From NCBI GenBank assembly GCA_030167865.1, contig JALAGF010003917.1, positions 1 to 61,270 of the forward strand: 61,270 nucleotides of DNA, written 5' to 3'. Positions 55,598 to 61,270 of this stretch are shown piece after piece. A program made the position numbers and the translations under genes. Each line of letters starts with the position of its first letter. The stretch's first letter is position 1. Origin of the DNA: Craspedostauros australis. Lineage: Eukaryota. The notes under the pieces are model-generated. The model saw nothing but the letters and a program-made list of their open reading frames with translations. It did not search any database and was not told where the DNA came from.

Positions 55598-57051
55598 ATG
55601 GCGCCTCCCACAGGTCAAGCCGCCGTTCCCGTTGCGGGTACGCCGGTGACCATGGCAATTGCGGGGTCTGCTTCCACGCCTTCGGCAGCTGCACCCAAGC
55701 AGGCAGCGAATGCCACAGTCAGTCAGACGGCGGCTGTTGCTGTTACGAGTGCTCATGTGAACACGACATCGAGCAACAACAATGGCAGTGTTGCGAAGGT
55801 GACAGCAACAGCGATTCAAGGCGCTGCGCCGCGGTTGGTGGCTGCACAAGCTCAAGCAGCCTCTGCAACGGCAGCACAGACAACAGCTGCAACAATAGCA
55901 ACAGCGCAAGTGAATGCATCGCACAAGATACAAGCAACAACAGCAAGAACGACACAACCGAAAGATGCCGCCAAAGAGAACGAGATGCCCCAGACGCTGG
56001 AAGGCATGATCCTGCCATCGCTGCACCGTCTCACGCAGGGCATCCCCAACACGGAACTGCGCCTCATCGTCTCCGAGGCCACGAGCTGCGAGCAGGCTCT
56101 GCGCGAAGAGCTGCGTCTTTTGGAGAAGGAGCTGGAACCCAACAACGGGCAACCGCCAAACCCGCTCGTCGACACCATGCTGCAATCCGAATTCACGCCA
56201 CCCGACCTGCACTCCACCGTCAGCGCCTTGCTGGGGCGTCTGCGCGAACCGCTGGCCACGCCGTTGCCGCCCAACTCGTCGCTGCCGGCCCATCGTAACA
56301 AGCGTCGCCAATCCCAGCAGGCGGCTGGGGAACCCAAGAAGAAGAAGGCCAGCACGAAGAGCAACAGCGCAGCCAACGCCACCTTCGCGTCGTTGCTGTT
56401 CAATGATGGCGAGTCGCAGGATCCCTTGCACGTGCTGCAGGAGCAGTTCCGCGTCACAGACCATCCGCATTATCGCAAGTCTCGTGAAGCGCCCGTGCTT
56501 CTGGCCATTTGGAAGAAGATCAACACGCATCGCACGTCGCTGGTCTTTCGGCGTCCCGTGTCGAGCAAGGTAAGATGGGTGGTCAATAACGGTGTGAACG
56601 TGGTGTGGTGTCAACACTGTACAGTATGACACTGCGCTGGTGTTTCTTCTCTCATTCTCCAGCGCTCATTCCTTCCATCTCTCTTGCTGCCTTCACGTTC
56701 ACTGCTCCTGCTGTCTTCTCGCACTCATTGCTATTATGTTTCATTAATTTCCAATACTCCCTCCACTGTGGCACCATCGCCGTGCCAACCAACCAGGACG
56801 CGCCCGGATACGACCAACGCATCCTCTTCCCCATAGATCTGTCCTTGGTCCGAAAGATGATCACATCCAGGGTCGTCTCTAGCTTTGCAGATCTGCACAT
56901 TCGCATCGGCATGATCTGCCACAATTGCATGAAGTACAATGGCAGGGAAAGCGATTACGGTGTCGTCACGAGGGACTTCGAGGCCATGGTGGATGACCTC
57001 ATACTGCAGGCGGTCTACAACGAGATCAAGAAGTCGGCAGCCAAGTCATAG
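55598..57051 (+). CDS. Bromodomain-containing protein, about 408 aa. Exons 55598-56569 and 56797-57051
   Basis: VFRRPVSSK|DAPGYDQRILFPIDLSLVRK...NCMKYN, with the conserved acetyl-lysine-binding Asn, restored across an AAG|GTAAGA...ccag|GAC intron. Confidence 0.85.
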
Positions 57052-57586
57052 ACTACTATAATAGGGACGATTATGATACGCACGATTACGATAGGCATGA
57101 TCATGGGAGGGAGGGAGAGGATGGTACCATACCAACAGAATGGCCAAGCAATGCGGAGAAATTACTCTACTCCACCCTCCCCTGTTTTCGAGTACCAGAC
57201 TACAAACGTGCAATAGATACATGTGGTACATAGTATAATAGAGTCGTAGTATGGAGTAGTATTATAGAGGAGAGGAGATTAGTTTACATCATGAATGATA
57301 GTGAATAGTGCGCATCGTATATATGAAGCTGTGGTGATTGGAGTGGGGGCGCCACCGAGTACCCATGGGCGCATATCATGCGTGGTACCGAGGAGGTTGT
57401 CTTCCTTTCCCTTCTCGAGGTCTGTCTCCCCCTTGGTTTCTGTTGCTTCCACGGCTGTTGCCGCTCGTGACAGAGCAATGCCGGCTGTGTTGTGCCGTGC
57501 CTTGTTGAAAGTGTGTTGTTTGAGCAGGAGTACCAGCCACCTCCAAGTGGCCGTTGCTCTCTCACAGCTCCACACGCATCCACCGT

Positions 57587-60500
57587 CTAATCCCTTCCGA
57601 TCGCCGTCTCCTGCTGATTTCGCAAGAAGCTGACGAAGCGAGTTCGCAAGGAATCATCGTTCGACAGCAGCACTTGCAATCGCTGCAGGGTGGTGACGGC
57701 GCTGCGTCGCAGCACGTTGTCGGTTGGGTAGTTGGTGATGCACCACTCCAGCATCTGGTAGCAGTATGGAGTCCACAGCAGACGGTGGGCCAAGCCGGGG
57801 CTTTGGGAGATGTTGTGAAGCACGAGGCAGGCGCGGTTGAGGATGGTCTCGCTTGCGCAGAAGTTCTTCATGGCGGTCACCACCAACGTAGCGATTGTGT
57901 CCACGTGCTCGTCCAGGATGGTGCGTTCCTTCATGGTATCACCGATGGATGCGTCGGCGGCCGCGGGGTTCGCTGGCTGGCCATCGGCACCGTGCGAGAT
58001 GCCACGGCCGGTGCGGGCTGGCGCCGATGATGACGATGCGGATGAGTTCGAATTTCTCGGTGAGTAAATGACCAGATTGATGAGGGCGAACAACGCACGG
58101 AACTGAACATCGGGATGGAATGGATGTTCTCGCATGGCGGCCACGGTTCTTTGGATGCCTCCCTGCAGGATGATCTGCGACTTGAGGGATGGCGAGAGGG
58201 CCAGGTTGACCATGGCCCAGCACGCCATGGCCTGGAGCGTGGCATCGGACTGGAACTTCTCCATCGATCGCAGCAAGATATTGATGCGGCTCTTGGAATT
58301 GAACGACGTCGGCGGTTGCTTTTGGTTTTCACTGCCTGGCCGTGCTGCGACCGAAGCGGATCCTCTTCCAGCATGACGTGCGTTCGCAGCGGCTGTTGAA
58401 CGGAGACGGATGGTGGATGCCGCTCCGCGAGCGGAAGTGAGCAATGGATGATTGTGCTGACCGCCCATGGAGTTGTCAAACAGCATGCCTTCGCGTCCGC
58501 CCAAGGGTCTTGCGAGCAGGACCATGGTATGGAAGACAGCTGTGTGCAGTTCGACGCTGTCCGGGAACTTGACCATGGCCCGCAGGATGACTTCGGCCAC
58601 GTTGTATCGCTGTGCCGTCAATCGCTGCTGCTCGTCCTCGAGGAGGATGGGCAATGTCTTGATGCACATGGTTTGGATACCAGCGACATCCGCAAAGCCA
58701 ACCATCCAGTTGACGATGGAGAAGATGGCGCACGAGATGGGCAAGTTCACATGCCCTGGCTTTCCCTTGGCCGTCGGACCGAGAAGCCTGGACGTGATCA
58801 TGGAGTTGCCGAACCGTGGCTTCTTCTGGAGCGGTGGTGCTGTAGCTGCGGCTGTAGCTGCGGCTCCTGCATTTGTATTCCCAGTCATGTTTCTCTGCAA
58901 TGTTTGGAGACGAGGTGTGTTGGTTGGATTGGATTGGATTGAATACGATCGATCAATCCATGGTTAAGGAGAGCACAAGGACGATGCGTCATACGTTGAA
59001 GAAGTTTAGTGTAGAGCATGTGTGAGAGACATCGATCAAGATGCGAGGTGCAGATTGAGCATGAACACGGCAAGACACATGAAGCGAACAAGGGAGGCTT
59101 GACTTACCTTGCGGTTGCTGGCCCCAGGAGTCGGTGCTGAGTCTTCCACGGCAACAGCCGCAACAGCAGTGGTGGGTACATTCGGCATTGCTGCCGCTGC
59201 TGCCGCAGCATCGGATGCCATATCGTCGGAAACACCGATCGCTGCACCGCGCATGTCGTTGGCATGGTTGTTGCGCAGGTTCATCTGCTGACGCGCAAGC
59301 GCAATGGCGCCGCGTTGCCGCTGCTGACGTTGCGACTGCAACTCGGCCTCACGCTGTCGTTGGCGCTGCTCAATGACGCTGCGGGCACGCGCCAGGAACT
59401 TCTTGAGGCTCTTGCTGGGATCGAAGTGCGGGAAGACGGTGCCGCCGACGCCTGCTCCTGCGGATGCGTGGGGACGTCCGTTCCGCGCGTTCTCGCGGAT
59501 GCGTTCCAGATACTTCATGCATCGGATGAAGGAGGTGTACATGAGGCGGTACTTGCCGAGCGGCTGGTCCCCGCTCTTCTTGTTCTTGGACTTGGATCCC
59601 TCGCTGCGGTCCAAGGAGCAGAAGGAGGTCTCGCTCTCGGAAGAGTACTCGTCGTCGGATGAATCGATGCTATCCGAGATGATGGCAGCGAAGGGCTTGG
59701 ACGAGCAGAGCGTGCGCCAGATCTCTTGGTGGCACGTGACCTGCTGCCGCCACTGCTTTGACAGCGGCGCCGTGAGGAATCGCAGGGCCTCGGGCGGTTC
59801 CATGAAGGAGACGATAGAGACGAGCATGTCGGATCCGATGAGGAGCAACTGCGAGGTCTGGACCACCATGGGGCGTGGGGCTGGCTTCATGATGCTGCCA
59901 TGGCCAGAGACGCCGTAGCCTTGGTACTGTTGTTGTTGTTGCTGTTGGTACTGCTGGTACTGTTGTTGCTGCGACTGTTGTTGCATTGTCTGGCGTGGCA
60001 TGTAGTGGGGATGGGCAGATCCGTATGCGTGGTCGCAGCCTGTCTTGAGATGTGCCCTGATCATCTGTTGTTGTTGGTGGTGGTGGTTGGAAGAGCGGGC
60101 TGCGGCAGCTTGCTGTTGCTTGTGGAAGATGATGTGGTGTGCCGGGGGCGCCTTGATGGACCGAGCAGCCGATCTTGGCGGGCATTTGGCGGACAAGGAT
60201 GGAGCCAAGGGCATGCGATTGAGCGGCTCCTTCTTGCGGTGCTTTGCCTGGTAGAAGCATGCCATGAGCGCCAGCTGCGCCTTTCCGACGTGGCCTGCTA
60301 CTGGTGGGTAAGCAGACGCTGCGCCGTTGCCATTGTTGTTGTTGTGGCTGTTGATGGTGTTGTTGTTAGAGGAGGAGGCTGCGATCGTAAGGGGCCGCGG
60401 AAGCTGGACTTGCTGTTGCCCTTGTGCCTGTTGGTATTGCAGGACGTACTCTGGATGGTCCGCTTGCTGGTGCTGTCCGCTGTGCAACGCATGGGCCTGA

Positions 60501-60736
60501 TTCGCGCAGTCCTCATCATAAGAGAAGGAGTCGGAGATGGAGTCTTCTTCATCGTACTGAGACGCAGTTGTGCTGTCCCACGAAGACGAGAGGGATTCAT
60601 CGTCGAAGTCTCCGAGGTCGCTGACATCCAGTTGCGGTGAGGATGGTGGTGGTTGTTGTTGCTGCTGAACATGGTGCTGAACATGGTGCTGCTGATACAC
60701 AAGCTGGGCGCGTTGAAATGCTGGTTGGGATGTCAT
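57587..60736 (-). CDS. Protein with a Q-rich N-terminus, an F-box-like motif and C-terminal armadillo-like repeats, about 978 aa. Exons 60736-59108 and 58894-57587
   Basis: F-box-like LLLIGSDMLVSIVSFMEP...LSKQWRQ...IWRTLC; ARM-like LQAMACWAMVNLA...GGIQRTVAAMREHP...VQFRALFALINL. In-frame AAG|GTAAGT...ttgcag|AGA intron. Confidence 0.75.
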
Positions 60737-60926
60737 GTGTTCTGCTGCACGAACGGCAGCCTCTCTCTGGGGCTTCCGGTAAAACGGACTATCGGACTAA
60801 CGAACAGCATCACTATTTGGTTAACGGACGATATTAGTCGTGAATGCGAAATTCTTAGTCATGATTGGAATGTCGTACTTGGCGTTTATGGTTTATGCAA
60901 TCCGTGATTGAATTGTCTCTAGCCTA

Positions 60927-61089
60927 CAGCGAAAAAAAAATGCCCTAAAATAAGGCACCTTTTGAAAAGATGCCCTATTTAGGGCACGTTTTGAAAAGGT
61001 GCCCTATTTAAGGCACGTTTTGAAAAGGTGCCCTATTTAAGGCACGTTTTGAAAAGGTGCCCTATTTTAGGGCACGTTTTGTTTCACAA
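60927..61089. mobile_element. Small foldback/MITE-like element built from five 29-30-bp palindromic units, with inverted ends
   Basis: Units start at 60941, 60971, 61000, 61029 and 61058 (TGCCCTATTTAAGGCACGTTTTGAAAAGG). The left end TGCCCTAAAATAAGGCACCTTTT is the reverse complement (1 mismatch) of the right end AAAAGGTGCCCTATTTTAGGGCA. TA flanks both sides. The repeat is certain; mobility is inferred. Confidence 0.55.
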
Positions 61090-61270
61090 TAGCCCAGCCA
61101 CGATGGGCACATTCCACAAAGCCATCAACGGGGAACGATGTGGACGTCACTGAATGACGAATCAGAACACTAATACTTATCGTCAACTTGGCGTGACATG
61201 CCTTTGATAATCCTCTGTCGTCGCGTTGTTGCGCGGGATTTGCTCTTGCTCTTTCTGTCGTCCAATCGGC

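Noticed and set aside
49506-60736. A cell-cycle gene cluster (RVxF proteins, cyclin, bromodomain, F-box)
   Set aside because: Adjacent regulatory genes are expected by chance in a dense genome, and I saw no shared cis-element.
60941-61080. CRISPR array
   Set aside because: The palindromic 29-bp repeats are directly adjacent with no unique spacers, there are no cas genes, and the context is eukaryotic.
1-61270. tRNA, rRNA, or autonomous transposon/viral genes
   Set aside because: I recognised no cloverleaf, rRNA, reverse transcriptase, integrase or transposase motifs by eye. Small RNAs could have been missed without a covariance search.

Overview
Gene-dense eukaryotic nuclear DNA, most likely from a diatom. 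Evidence: a light-harvesting protein with a bipartite signal peptide and AAAFAP plastid presequence, a diatom-type cyclin, HA-domain proteins, and GT-AG introns of about 210-470 nt. I can support about 15 protein-coding genes. They are a giant (>3,370 aa, 5'-truncated) low-complexity protein, a His-rich hypothetical protein, a 4-exon protein with 7 HA domains, a DIPP-type Nudix hydrolase, a 2-HA-domain protein, NSUN5, a head-to-head pair of ankyrin + CbxX/CfxQ-type AAA+ paralogues, a mitochondrial thiamine-pyrophosphate-type carrier, WDR89, an LHC/FCP, two tandem RVxF-motif paralogues, a cyclin, a bromodomain protein and an F-box-like/ARM protein. A small palindromic foldback/MITE-like element lies near the right end. 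The best candidate for an undescribed system is the divergent ANK-AAA+ pair: one copy is catalytically intact, while the other has lost both the Walker B aspartate and the arginine finger, suggesting an enzyme plus a co-regulated pseudo-enzyme. All family calls come from recognising motifs by eye; no searches were run. Exon boundaries are inferred from splice consensus and reading-frame continuity.
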